A stretch of 64,000 nt of DNA from Dehalococcoidia bacterium (GTDB taxonomy: Bacteria > Chloroflexota > Dehalococcoidia > Bin125): contig OY820591.1 of the NCBI GenBank assembly GCA_963555985.3, forward strand, positions 1,824,001 to 1,888,000, given 5' to 3'. Shown here one piece after another: positions 1 through 9,916 of the stretch. A program made the position numbers and the translations under genes. The notes beneath the pieces are model-generated. The model was not told the origin of the DNA, searched no databases, and saw only the letters and a program-made list of their open reading frames with translations. Position 1 is the first letter of the stretch. Each line of letters opens with the position of its first letter.

Positions 1-13
1 TCGGGAGCAATTC

Positions 14-280
14 GTGCAGCTGATGGAGGAACAGATCATTCCCTTCCAAACCAAACAGGGGATGGTGATCCTGGGTTCGTTCATCTCGGAAGAGGACGAG
101 AACACCTACGTCTGGATCCGGCGCTTCACTTCCGAAGCAGAGCGGGAGCGGCTGTACGACTCGGTCTACAACACCGACTATTGGCGCGACGAAATCGGGC
201 CGCAAGTCGCGGAGATGATGAGCCGCGACTCGATCTCCGTGAAGCGGCTGGAGGCGACGCCGCGTTCGCCGATTCAGTAA
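14..280 (+). CDS. NIPSNAP family protein (probably 5'-truncated by the window edge)
   Basis: Motif 'GMVILGSF...ENTYVWIRRFTSEAERERLY...W' is typical of NIPSNAP; the frame is open from the window start. Confidence 0.75.
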   Translation: MQLMEEQIIPFQTKQGMVILGSFISEEDENTYVWIRRFTSEAERERLYDSVYNTDYWRDEIGPQVAEMMSRDSISVKRLEATPRSPIQ

Positions 281-301
281 CTCAGCGGCGACAGAGATAC
301 A

Positions 302-1108
302 GTGACGGCTCAGCTGTCGACGAGGCCGCTGTTTGAGCGGTCGGGGCACGGCTATGCGCCGACGGATCGCGCGCGCGGTCCCTGGACTCCGGATGCGCTT
401 CACGGTAGTCCGGTGGCGGCGCTGCTCGCGCACTGCGTGGAGGAACGCCTTGCTGAGGCCGGCTCCGCAGCCAACGGTATGCGGCTCGCGCGTCTGACGG
501 TCGATCTGTTCCGGCCGGTACCGTTCGGCGAGCTGATTGTCGAGATTCAGCCGAGGCGTGAAGGACGGCGGCTCGCGCTGTTCGAGCTCAGCGTCGCAGA
601 TTCGGAACAAGTACTGACCCGGGCGACGGCGCTTTGCCTCCGTGCAGAGGCTGAGCGCGGGTCCGTAGGGGCGCAGTTCGGGACGACGGCGCCGCCCGGT
701 CCCGAGGCGGCGCGTCCGAATCGAGTCGATCGAGCCGGTAATCGCTGGGTCTCTTATCCGGGCACGCTAGAGATGCGGCACGTCATTTCGCCGGGGGGCG
801 AATCTCCACCGATCGTCTGGATCCAGGCTGACGCGCCGGTAGTCGCCAACTGTGAACTGTCCGGGGCCGTGCGCGCAGCGGGGATCGCCGATTTCGTGAG
901 CCCGTTTGCGAATATGCAACCGGGGCGCAGCGGTTACGTGAATGCGGATATCACGATGTATCTGCACCGTCCGCCGATCGGGGAATGGCAGTGGCTCAAG
1001 GTCGTGTCGCGGGGAGCGGAGGACGGATTGGCGACTGCTCAGGCGATTCTCGGCGATCGGACAGGCGCATACGGCGGCTGCTCGGCGGCATCGCTGATCA
1101 ACCTGTGA
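302..1108 (+). CDS. Thioesterase family protein (double hotdog, TesB-like)
   Basis: 'RGPWTPDALHGSPVAALL', 'RLTVDLFRPVP' and 'VNADITMYLHRPPIGEW' motifs. Confidence 0.8.
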   Translation: MTAQLSTRPLFERSGHGYAPTDRARGPWTPDALHGSPVAALLAHCVEERLAEAGSAANGMRLARLTVDLFRPVPFGELIVEIQPRREGRRLALFELSVADSEQVLTRATALCLRAEAERGSVGAQFGTTAPPGPEAARPNRVDRAGNRWVSYPGTLEMRHVISPGGESPPIVWIQADAPVVANCELSGAVRAAGIADFVSPFANMQPGRSGYVNADITMYLHRPPIGEWQWLKVVSRGAEDGLATAQAILGDRTGAYGGCSAASLINL

Positions 1109-1130
1109 TCGGGGCACTACCCTATCTGCC

Positions 1131-3173
1131 ATGACTGGCCGCATTATCGGGATGATCGCGATCTTCACGCTCGCCGGGCTGCTGAGCGCTGGCGCTGTGA
1201 TTGTGCTGCTCGCGGTTGAATCGGAACGGGATTCCGCTGAGGCGACAACCTCGGTTTTGGCCGAGTCGCTCGCTCGCTCGCTGGGGGCGTTGGATTCGAT
1301 CTCGGATGCCGACCTGGAGGCGGCGTTGGAAACGGAGCGCTCGTCGGCGCAGTTGAGCGGCGTCTGGCTGTTTGACGCACAGGGACGGCTCGCGGCAAGG
1401 GCGGTGGCGCGTCCGGAGACGCGCACGTCGGTTGCCGAGGGCGTCGTAGGCCGAGAAGAGATCGTGACGGCGCGCCAGGTGCTCGGCGGCGCGGTCACAA
1501 TCGTGCACCGCGAAGAAGCGGGCGTCTACTCGGGTACCGCGCCCGTGCTTGATCGCAACGGCGATTTGGTGGGGGCGGTGCGCATTGAGCTCTCCCTCAA
1601 TGGCGTTGGCACTGCGCTGGAGCTGTACCGCTGGCAGTACATCCTCGGCGCGATCGGGCTGTTGCTGCTCGTGTTGATGATTGCTTGGTTCCTGGCCAAG
1701 CGGTTGGCGCGACCGCTTGGCCTAATGGTGCGGGCGGCGCGCTCAGTGGAGGCGGGACGAGCGCCGGAGCCGTCGGTTACGGCCGGCCTTCGCGGTATCT
1801 CGCTGACACGCGACGAGTACGGCACTCTTGCGGGCGTGTTTATCGACATGGCCCAGGAGGTCGGCGCGCGTGAGATTCGCCTGAACGCGCTGGTTGAGGA
1901 GCGCACACAGGAGATCTCGGAGAAGAACCAGGCGCTTGAGGCCGCGCAGAAAGTCCTGCAGGAAGACCTGAGCATGGCCCACGCCGTGCAGGCGGCGCTG
2001 GTTCCGCAAGACTTCCCGGAAGACCCGCGCGTATCGGTCTCGGCCTCGATGACACCGGCGCGTGAGGTTGGAGGCGATTTTTACGACGCCTTCATGATTG
2101 ACGACGGACGCTTGGCGTTCGCGATCGCTGATGTCTCAGGCAAGGGCGTGGCGTCGGCGTTGTTGATGGCGGTAGGACGGGCGTTGTTGCGAAGCGCCGC
2201 AAACGAATTCCCCGATCCTTCCGCAGCCGTGGCCGAGGCGAATGACCAGCTTTGCTCAATGAACCCCAAAGAACTGTTCATCACCGCCTTCTTCGGCGTG
2301 ATCGACCTCAGCTTGGGCACGCTGACTTACGTAAACGCCGGCCATGACCCGCCGTACATGACGAACGGGACAGATCAACCGACGGAGTTGACGCACACCG
2401 GCGGAATCGCGCTGGGAGTGCTGCCGGGTCTGCCGTACTCGGAGTTGACGATCCCGATCAGAGCAGGCACATCCTTGTTTATGTATACGGACGGCATTAC
2501 CGAAGCGCAGAATGTGGGCGGCGAGTTGTTCGGCAAAGAACGGCTTGAGGCCCTCCTGGTCGCCACGCGCGAGGAAGGGCCGCAGGCGCTGATCGGGTCG
2601 ATCTTGACCGATCTTGACCAGTTCACAGGCAATGCCCAACAGTTTGACGACATCACCTGCATTGCAGTGCGCTTTGAGGGTGGCGAGCTGGCTGTCTCGA
2701 GCGAGGACGCAGAAGCTTCTGCGGAGCCGCAAACAGCGTCGGGGTGGCGGCGGATGAACGTCGAGCCGGTGCTAGACACGGCGCTGCAACGAGTGCAGGC
2801 CTTCGTTGAGCGCTTTGCAACTGCGGAGGGCTGGAGCGTCGAAGACCTATATCGGCTGAACCTGGCCTTGGATGAGCTGCTCACGAACACCTTGGAACAC
2901 GGCTTCATCGGACGCGAGTCGGAGGCCGAGATCACCGTGGCGCTGCGGCGCGAGGAAGACTCGGCGATCTGCCGTTATGAGGACAACGGCGACCCGTTTG
3001 ATCCTTGGGAAGCGGAGAAGTCGGACCCGACTCTAGGAATCGAGGAGCGCCGTATTGGCGGCTGGGGCCTGCAACTGATCGCCGCGACGATTGACGATGT
3101 ATCGTATACACGCGAAGGAGACCGCAACGTGACCACCCTGCGTCAACGGCGTGGCTCCGGCGAATCGCCCTAA
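1131..3173 (+). CDS. Membrane sensor: HAMP + SpoIIE (PP2C) phosphatase + C-terminal RsbW-like HATPase anti-sigma kinase
   Basis: Two TM helices; PP2C motifs 'EVGGDFYD', 'IADVSGKG', 'YTDGITEA', 'DDIT'; kinase boxes 'DELLTNTLEHG', 'EDNGDPFDP', 'GGWGLQLI'. Confidence 0.9.
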   Translation: MTGRIIGMIAIFTLAGLLSAGAVIVLLAVESERDSAEATTSVLAESLARSLGALDSISDADLEAALETERSSAQLSGVWLFDAQGRLAARAVARPETRTSVAEGVVGREEIVTARQVLGGAVTIVHREEAGVYSGTAPVLDRNGDLVGAVRIELSLNGVGTALELYRWQYILGAIGLLLLVLMIAWFLAKRLARPLGLMVRAARSVEAGRAPEPSVTAGLRGISLTRDEYGTLAGVFIDMAQEVGAREIRLNALVEERTQEISEKNQALEAAQKVLQEDLSMAHAVQAALVPQDFPEDPRVSVSASMTPAREVGGDFYDAFMIDDGRLAFAIADVSGKGVASALLMAVGRALLRSAANEFPDPSAAVAEANDQLCSMNPKELFITAFFGVIDLSLGTLTYVNAGHDPPYMTNGTDQPTELTHTGGIALGVLPGLPYSELTIPIRAGTSLFMYTDGITEAQNVGGELFGKERLEALLVATREEGPQALIGSILTDLDQFTGNAQQFDDITCIAVRFEGGELAVSSEDAEASAEPQTASGWRRMNVEPVLDTALQRVQAFVERFATAEGWSVEDLYRLNLALDELLTNTLEHGFIGRESEAEITVALRREEDSAICRYEDNGDPFDPWEAEKSDPTLGIEERRIGGWGLQLIAATIDDVSYTREGDRNVTTLRQRRGSGESP

Positions 3174-3197
3174 TCCGGCAAATCGAGGAGGACTGTC

Positions 3198-3533
3198 ATG
3201 GTTGACCTGTACCCGGAATACTCCGAGAACGTTCTGGTGTTGAATCCACTCGGGCGGATCGACGGGACCAACGCGAAGGAGTTCGAGGAGGCGCTGCTGG
3301 GCCGCATCGCTGCGGGCGACAAGCAGATCCTGATGAACTTTGAAGGGATCAACTACATCTCTTCGGCCGGCCTTCGCGTCCTGCTCATGGCGGCGAAGCG
3401 AACGACCCAGGCAAAGGGCCGATTCGCGCTCTGCACAGTGCAGGAGCACATTCAGGAAGTCTTCCGTGTATCCGGTTTCGCGGAGATCATCCCGATTCAC
3501 GAAGAGCGTACTGATGCGCTGACCGCGTTCTAG
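3198..3533 (+). CDS. STAS-domain anti-sigma factor antagonist (RsbV-like)
   Basis: 'GRIDGTNA', 'YISSAGLRVLL' (phosphorylatable Ser), 'EVFRVSGF'; RBS GAGGAG. Confidence 0.92.
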   Translation: MVDLYPEYSENVLVLNPLGRIDGTNAKEFEEALLGRIAAGDKQILMNFEGINYISSAGLRVLLMAAKRTTQAKGRFALCTVQEHIQEVFRVSGFAEIIPIHEERTDALTAF

Positions 3534-3550
3534 GTCTGAGGCGTGGGGTG

Positions 3551-3583
3551 TTGCGCCGACCCGAACCTATCGGGCCGGCGCAA
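3551..3583. terminator. Hairpin between convergent genes (possible bidirectional terminator)
   Basis: ttgcgccgacccga-accta-tcgggccggcgcaa, 14-bp stem with one mismatch. Confidence 0.55.
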
Positions 3584-3611
3584 TTGTGTGGGATTGGTCG
3601 CGGAGCGCCGG

Positions 3612-4973
3612 CTAGAGGCCGAGATCGGACTCCATCCGGCCAATGCTGCGCGAGATGCGGTTGACGAGTTCGTCTGCCTCTTCGAGGTTGGTGATCAAGG
3701 GCGGTGAGACGCTGATGCTCGCACCGCCTCGGGCCAGCACGCCTTCCTCGCGCATGTAGTTGGTGATCCGCTGAGGGAGCTGATCGGCCTCGTCAAAGTC
3801 CTCGCCGGCGGCCGGGTCCTTCTTCAGATCGATGGCGTGCATCAGGCCGATGCCTCGGGTCTGGTAGACAGTGCGATGCTCCTCACGGAGTTGGACCAGA
3901 CGTGAGCGAACGTGTTCGCCCACGTGTGCGGCGTTCTCAACCAGGTTCTCACGCTCAATGATGTCGAGATTGGCGAGAGCGACGGCGCAGGAGACCGGGT
4001 TCGCGCCCCAGGTGATGCCGCCGATCGCGCCTTCGGCGCCAGCTTCCTCGAAGGCGCGGGCGATCTTGTCGGAGACGAGCGTAGCCGCGATCGGGCTGTA
4101 GCCGGAGCTGAGTTGCTTGGCCGTCGTCATGATGTCTGGCTCGACATCGAAGTGGTCCATGCCGAACCACTTGCCGGTGCGCCCGAAGCCATTGATGACC
4201 TCGTCGGCGATCAGGACGATGTCGTATTTGTCGCAGAGTTCGCGCAACGTCCGCCAGTATTCGCGCGGGGGGACATAGCTCCCGTTGGCGGTCGAGATCG
4301 GCTCGGCGATCATGGCCGCGATCGTGTCCGGGCCCTGGGCCTTGATCACGTCTTCAATCGTGCGGGCGCAGAAGACATCGCACTCGGGGTAGGTCTTCTC
4401 GAACGGGCAGCGGTCGCAGTTGACGTTCTGTACGTGTAGTGCGCCCGGCATCAGCGGCTCATACGGAGTGCGATTGGCGTAGACGGCGGCGTTGACAGAG
4501 AGTGCGCCGACGGTCATGCCGTGGTAGGAGCCCATCCGCGAGATCGTCTTGAACTTCTTCGAGTTGCCGCGAAGGTGGTGGTAGTGCTTGGCGATCTTGA
4601 GCGCATTCTCGACCGCCTCGGAGCCGCCGTTGACGAAGACGGCCTTGCGAATCGTGCTGGGCGTGATTTCCGCCAGTCTGGTGGCGAGGTTGACTGCCGG
4701 TTCGTTGGCGTAGGCGAAGGTGTTCTGGTAGGCGAGGCGTGACATCTGCTCGTGCGCGATGTCGGCCAGTTCTTCGCGGCCGTGACCGACCGCGACCAGA
4801 AAGAGCCCGGAAATGGCGTCGATGTACTCGTTGCCGTCGTCGTCGTGGAGGTAGATGCCCTCGCCCTTGCGAATGACGAGCAGTCCATCGTCGGCCGCGA
4901 GGTCGGCGTAGGACTGGGTGGGGATCCAGAGGTGTTCGAGCGATTGCTGTCGGAGTTCGGGTGCGGTCGTCAT
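3612..4973 (-). CDS. Class III PLP aminotransferase (omega-amino acid/BioA-like)
   Basis: 'GGSEAVENALK', 'SYHG', 'LIADEVINGFGRTG', 'DIMTTAKQLSSGY' (PLP lysine); start placed at MTTAPEL. Confidence 0.92.
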   Translation of the reverse strand: MTTAPELRQQSLEHLWIPTQSYADLAADDGLLVIRKGEGIYLHDDDGNEYIDAISGLFLVAVGHGREELADIAHEQMSRLAYQNTFAYANEPAVNLATRLAEITPSTIRKAVFVNGGSEAVENALKIAKHYHHLRGNSKKFKTISRMGSYHGMTVGALSVNAAVYANRTPYEPLMPGALHVQNVNCDRCPFEKTYPECDVFCARTIEDVIKAQGPDTIAAMIAEPISTANGSYVPPREYWRTLRELCDKYDIVLIADEVINGFGRTGKWFGMDHFDVEPDIMTTAKQLSSGYSPIAATLVSDKIARAFEEAGAEGAIGGITWGANPVSCAVALANLDIIERENLVENAAHVGEHVRSRLVQLREEHRTVYQTRGIGLMHAIDLKKDPAAGEDFDEADQLPQRITNYMREEGVLARGGASISVSPPLITNLEEADELVNRISRSIGRMESDLGL

Positions 4974-5110
4974 GCGGATTCCTGTCGATGATCGCCGCCT
5001 GCCCGTGCGCACGACGGCGTGCGTGTGCATAGTAAGGGGCGACAAATCTTGGTGTCGGCAGTGAGTTGGTGCGCGACCGATTACGCCATGGGATCGGCAG
5101 TTGGTCGCGG

Positions 5111-5716
5111 CTAGCGCTGGGCGCTGGTCGGGGCTCCGCGAGCGCGAAGGTCGTACGCCATGACCACCAGGTCACGGAGACGACCATCGCGGGCCACCAC
5201 CCATCCCGGCAGCGTGGCGACGGGTTCAAAGCCGAGCGACTTGAACACCGCTTGCGCGCTGCCCTGATCGTGCGTCATTCGTGCGGAGATTCGCTCAAGG
5301 CCGATTGAGTCGGCGATGGCGAAGATCTCCTCAGCCAGGAAGCGGCCGAGTCCTTGGCCGCGGATCTGAGAATTGACCGTGACGCGGATCTCACCGATGT
5401 GCTCAGTCCAGCCGGCCTCATTATGCACGAGCGACGCTTCGCCCACGATGTGATCCTGATCGATCGCCAGCACGGTCGTAGTCGAGTGGTTGGCAATGTT
5501 CTCCAACCAGCGATCGACGACCCGCTCGTCGGTGATATCCCAGGGGAGATACAGCAGATCGTCGCGCGAAAGCGACCGCGCAAACGCCAGGAATCGCGAC
5601 TTGTCCGCTTGGGACATCAGGCGTACATCGATTTCACGACCACCGCGGAGGGTGGCGCGACTGGGGTATCGGCGAGCGATCAGGGCGGCCTGGCGGGCGG
5701 ATGCGTCAGTGGCCAT
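5111..5716 (-). CDS. GNAT family N-acetyltransferase
   Basis: Acetyl-CoA motif 'RGQGLGR', 'FKSLGF'; start placed at MATDAS. Confidence 0.85.
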   Translation of the reverse strand: MATDASARQAALIARRYPSRATLRGGREIDVRLMSQADKSRFLAFARSLSRDDLLYLPWDITDERVVDRWLENIANHSTTTVLAIDQDHIVGEASLVHNEAGWTEHIGEIRVTVNSQIRGQGLGRFLAEEIFAIADSIGLERISARMTHDQGSAQAVFKSLGFEPVATLPGWVVARDGRLRDLVVMAYDLRARGAPTSAQR

Positions 5717-5857
5717 CGGTTGTCTCCGGTCAGAAGCTACAACGTATGCCTTCGCGAGCGATTGCAATGGGGAGCGTAACATCGCACGCGCAGCGGCGGG
5801 AGTACCCCATGCGCTGCGAACGAGTCTCCCGTCACACGAATGTCGCCTAAACGCCTC

Positions 5858-6412
5858 CTAGTTGCTCGGCGGTCGCCAACGCGTGGTCTTGGGTTGCACA
5901 CGCGCGCCCCGATCCGCAGCCGAGTCGATCTCTAGGACAACCTGATCGCCGGGATGGACAATCCCCTGTCGTGCGACTCGCGCATAAAGCCGCGAGCGGC
6001 CGGGATGGGTCTGGTGATTGATTCGGTTGAAGTCGCCGTCGCGGAAGCAATGGGCAATGATCCGACAGGGCGAGGCATATGAGGTGATCTCGACGATCAC
6101 TTGGTCGCCCAATCGGAGGCGAGAGCCGGGCACGAGGCGCTTCCACTCGATGCCGCGGACGGTGACGTTCTCTCCAGCTGCGCCCGCGCGGATGTCGTGG
6201 CCGTCGGCGCGGAGCTGGTCAATGATCTCCGATGACCAGAGACAGAGGGCGCGTTCCGGTCCTCCGTGATGGCGGCGATCGCGTTGACGATCCTGGGTGA
6301 GGCCATATTCGTTGACGACCGCTTCGGGGACGGCTCGCTTGGGGACGCCGCCGCGTGAGGCGCTGAGCTGTTCGATGCGTCCGATGGTCTGGGGCGGTTG
6401 TTCGGTCGACAT
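5858..6412 (-). CDS. MOSC domain protein (YiiM-like)
   Basis: 'GGVPK', 'HHGGPERAL', 'GENVT', 'PCRII', 'LYARV'. Confidence 0.9.
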   Translation of the reverse strand: MSTEQPPQTIGRIEQLSASRGGVPKRAVPEAVVNEYGLTQDRQRDRRHHGGPERALCLWSSEIIDQLRADGHDIRAGAAGENVTVRGIEWKRLVPGSRLRLGDQVIVEITSYASPCRIIAHCFRDGDFNRINHQTHPGRSRLYARVARQGIVHPGDQVVLEIDSAADRGARVQPKTTRWRPPSN

Positions 6413-6465
6413 CAAGCGCTCCTTGCCGTGGCAGGCGGTGGTCGTGGAGAGTGTAGTGGGATGGA

Positions 6466-8091
6466 TTAGGTCCAACGCTCAATGATGCCGTCGATGTAGA
6501 GGATGCGGAGAGCAGTGAGTAAACCCGGCGTGAGTTGGTTGCGTGTCGGCTCGGGGACGCCATCGAGCAGGTCATTCAGGAGTTGCCGTACGGTCTGCCG
6601 ACCGTCGATCCGGTGTACCAGCGCGGCGACTGCCGTGCTGACCTGTGCGCCTTGTGGTCGCGAACTTGAGGTGATGACCGCGCCCCAGTCGAATTGACCC
6701 TCGCCGATCACCGGCTTGCGTTCGAGCGAGACGCCGCTGGCGAGCACGGGAATCATTTCGAGGATCGGACTGCGGTCGGGCCAGGCGCTATCGATCCAGC
6801 CGGCGGCGGCGCGGGTGCGGCGCTCGCGCTCCTGCTCGACGGCGGCGACGCCTTCGACGAAATCGGGCGGGGCTTCGCCGCGTTCGAGGACGACCCGCTC
6901 GTAGCCTTGCGGCGGCTGTCCGGCGACGGCGGCGATGAACGCTTCGCGCGGGGACACGTCATCGGAAGTCTGGGTGATCCTGCGCGCCTCCCAGAAGTAG
7001 GAGTCGGAGGTACGGTTGGAGGCGTAGAAGAGCGCGGCCATCTCGCGGAACTGGTGGTACTGCTGCATGTAGAGCTGGGTGTAGACCTCGGCGGCGGGCT
7101 TGCGCATTTCGGGGTCGCGCAGCGCCGAGGTGACGTAGGCGGACGCGAGCACTGCCGACGACAGCGCCAGGTGGACGCCGGATGAGAAGAGCGGATCGAT
7201 GAAGCAGGCAGCGTCGCCGACAAGGATGTAGCCGTCGCCGACAAGCCGTTCGGATGTATACGCCCAGTCGCGGATGACGCGCGGCTCGTCGATTGTTTCC
7301 GCGCCGGCGAGCATTTGAGCGGTACGTCCTGTCATCGCGAGCTGGCCGCGATAGAACTCTTCGGTCGGCGCATCCGCGAGCTGCGCGCCGCCCCAGGCAG
7401 CGTCAACAACGACTCCGACGGACATCACGTTGTCGGGCAGTGGGATGGCCCAGGACCAGCCGTGTTCGTAGGCCTCGATGAAGATGTTGCCGGCGTCCGG
7501 TTCGGGCAGTCGTTGCGCACCTCGGTAGTAACTGTAGACGGCGAGATTGCGGAAGAACTCGTCGTTGACTCGCAGGTCGAGACGGCGGGCGAGGAAGCCG
7601 TTCTGTCCGCTGGCGTCGACGATCCAGTCTGCCTCGAAGAGCTGCGCTTCGCCATTCGCAGCCTCGACGGTCACTGTCTTGGCAGCACCCGTTTCGAGAT
7701 TGACATCAACCACCCGACAACCCTCATGGACGGTGACGCCATTGCGTTGGGCGTTGCGGAGGAGCATCAGATCGAATGCGGGCCGCCAGACCTGATAGGC
7801 GTGGGGATTGCGGGGATTAGTTTCGGCGAAACGCCACGACCACGGTTCGAGGTCGCGGCCCCAGACCATGGTGGCACCGTACTTGGGGGTGAAACCGGCG
7901 GCTTCGAGCTCGGGCAGGACACCGAGCGTGTCGAGGATGGGGATCGAGGCAGGGAGCAGCGACTCGCCGACATGTTCGCGGGGAAAGACCTCGCGCTCGA
8001 AGAGCTTGATGTCGAATCCCTGTCGGGCGAGCAAGGTGGCGGCGGTGGAGCCGCCGGGTCCGCCGCCGATGACGAGGATGGAGTGGGTCAT
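6466..8091 (-). CDS. Flavin-dependent halogenase with C-terminal PqqD/wHTH-like extension
   Basis: FAD motif 'GGGPGG', 'FPREHVGESL', candidate catalytic Lys in 'FTPKYG', WxWxIP motif 'WSWAIP', 'GDAACFIDPLFSSGVHLA'. Confidence 0.9.
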   Translation of the reverse strand: MTHSILVIGGGPGGSTAATLLARQGFDIKLFEREVFPREHVGESLLPASIPILDTLGVLPELEAAGFTPKYGATMVWGRDLEPWSWRFAETNPRNPHAYQVWRPAFDLMLLRNAQRNGVTVHEGCRVVDVNLETGAAKTVTVEAANGEAQLFEADWIVDASGQNGFLARRLDLRVNDEFFRNLAVYSYYRGAQRLPEPDAGNIFIEAYEHGWSWAIPLPDNVMSVGVVVDAAWGGAQLADAPTEEFYRGQLAMTGRTAQMLAGAETIDEPRVIRDWAYTSERLVGDGYILVGDAACFIDPLFSSGVHLALSSAVLASAYVTSALRDPEMRKPAAEVYTQLYMQQYHQFREMAALFYASNRTSDSYFWEARRITQTSDDVSPREAFIAAVAGQPPQGYERVVLERGEAPPDFVEGVAAVEQERERRTRAAAGWIDSAWPDRSPILEMIPVLASGVSLERKPVIGEGQFDWGAVITSSSRPQGAQVSTAVAALVHRIDGRQTVRQLLNDLLDGVPEPTRNQLTPGLLTALRILYIDGIIERWT

Positions 8092-8190
8092 AGGGTCAGG
8101 ATACGCAGACCTTCCCGTGTGCCGGGCGGGGGAATTTTTGGGCTGGCGCCGCGACTTTGCAGCCGCAGGTGGGGAATTGAGCGACAGGTA

Positions 8191-8290
8191 GTCCGGAAAA
8201 GTCCAGATTCGTCCAGATCCGTCTGGATTGTTCGGGTGTTAGAGCGGAATTAGAGACGTTAATCCGAGTGTGTCCTGATTTGTCTAGGCG
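8191..8290. repeat. 10-bp-phased degenerate tandem repeats
   Basis: gtccggaaaa|gtccagattc|gtccagatcc|gtctggattg at 8191-8230 and tgtcctgatt|tgtctaggcg at 8271-8290. Confidence 0.65.
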
Positions 8291-8480
8291 GGTTGCGGCG
8301 GTCATGGCTGGAGTCGTTTGTTGCGCGTGTGGAGTGAAGTGCGGTTGATCATATACGGACTGGCGTTCTGTGCCGGGCTGACTTTGAGTGAAGTGTGGCG
8401 GGGATCACAGTGTGGATTGGGTTTGGGGACCCCCTCTGTCGCTCCCCGCGTTCGCGGGAATGAGGGAAAGGAGAGACGTG

Positions 8481-8506
8481 CAGAGACCCGCCGGAGCGGG
8501 TCTCTG
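8481..8506. terminator. Intrinsic terminator-like hairpin downstream of the LLM gene
   Basis: Perfect 11-bp stem cagagacccgc-cgga-gcgggtctctg. Confidence 0.7.
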
Positions 8507-8533
8507 ATTTTGCGAACTGCGGGCGGGTGCGCG

Positions 8534-9832
8534 TTAGTCGCCGCTGAGGGGCGCGCCGGTCTGGGTGTCGACCTCGAAGGCGCCCTTGAGGTCGAGTTCC
8601 TTGCCCATCTCGCGGACGGCGGGGATGACTTCCTCGCCGAAGAGGCGGAGGGAGCGCATCGCGTCCTCGTGGTTCATCGCGCCGTCGCCGTCCCAGAAGA
8701 AGATGTTGCCGGGGCGCAGCTCTTCGAGGACGTGGCGGATTTTGGGGATGACGGTCTTCGGCGTACCGGTGATGATCGAGTACTTGTTGACCTGCTCCTC
8801 GTAGGTACCGAAGGCGTCGGCGTCGCGCTTGTCCTGCTCGGCTGCTTCCTGCTCGGCCAGGGCGGCCTCGCGGGCGGCTTCGCGGCCACGTGCGGCGGCG
8901 GCGAAGGTGGTGACGGTCGGCAGCAGCGCGGTGCGGCTGGTCAGGCCAGGCAGATTCTGGAGGTTGGCGCGGACGTTGCCCTGGTTGCCCTCGAGGAACG
9001 GGTTGGCCGGGCCGCTGATGTACTTGCGGCCGGCTTGCTCGGCCAGCTCTTCGGTTTCGTCGACGTGGACCTTGAAGAGGTAGCCGTGGTGCTCGGTCGA
9101 GGCTTCGTAGCCGTTCTCCTGCGCAACCTCGTCGTAGTACTTGAACGATTGCTTGGTCGGCTCGATCTCGGTGGCGAGCATCACGTAGGGGTAGCGATGC
9201 TCGGCGCACCACTTGACGGTGTTCCGCGACATCACGCCGGGAATCCAGATCTGCGGGTGCGGCTCTTGGTAGGGGCGAGCCCAGGGGTTGACGTAGCGGT
9301 ACTGGTAGTGCTCGCCTTCCCAGCGGAACGGTCCGGGAGTAGACCAGGCCTTGACGACGAAGTCGTGGGCTTCCTGGAAGCGCTCCCAGTTGAAGGGCGA
9401 CTGTGAGTTGTGAGCGACGGACTCACGCCCGGTACCGCGCACCCAACCGGTGACGAGGCGGCCTCGCGAGATCATGTCGATCTCAGCGAGTTCCTCGGCC
9501 AGCCAGAGCGGGTCTTCCCAAATCGGGAGGACATTGCCGAGCAGGACGATCTTGGCGCGCTTGGTGATGCGGGCAAGGATCGCGGCTTCGACGTTCATCA
9601 CGCCGCCCATGCAGAAGGGCGTGGAGTGGTGCTCGTTGAGCATCAGGCCATCGAAGCCCATCTCCTCGGCGTAGACCTTCTCGTCGAGGTAGCGGTTGTA
9701 GAGCTCGGCGCCAATGCGGGGGTTGTAGTCCCCATTAGTCATACCGAGGTCTTCGATCTCACGCCCGGTGGCACCGACCCAACCGGAGTCGAAGTCTTGA
9801 TAGGGGCGTTCGGTGAAATAGCCGATGAACAT
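8534..9832 (-). CDS. LLM class (luciferase-like) flavin-dependent oxidoreductase
   Basis: 'AEEMGFDGLMLNEHH', 'LAEELAEIDMISRGRL', 'SLRLFGEEVIPA'. Confidence 0.93.
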   Translation of the reverse strand: MFIGYFTERPYQDFDSGWVGATGREIEDLGMTNGDYNPRIGAELYNRYLDEKVYAEEMGFDGLMLNEHHSTPFCMGGVMNVEAAILARITKRAKIVLLGNVLPIWEDPLWLAEELAEIDMISRGRLVTGWVRGTGRESVAHNSQSPFNWERFQEAHDFVVKAWSTPGPFRWEGEHYQYRYVNPWARPYQEPHPQIWIPGVMSRNTVKWCAEHRYPYVMLATEIEPTKQSFKYYDEVAQENGYEASTEHHGYLFKVHVDETEELAEQAGRKYISGPANPFLEGNQGNVRANLQNLPGLTSRTALLPTVTTFAAAARGREAAREAALAEQEAAEQDKRDADAFGTYEEQVNKYSIITGTPKTVIPKIRHVLEELRPGNIFFWDGDGAMNHEDAMRSLRLFGEEVIPAVREMGKELDLKGAFEVDTQTGAPLSGD

Positions 9833-9916
9833 GTTCAGGGGGTCCTCTCGGGGGTTCGGCTCCGCTCGCGGCGGGTTTCACGCATGATACGACAGTGCGC
9901 GCTGTCTCGCAGTGGG

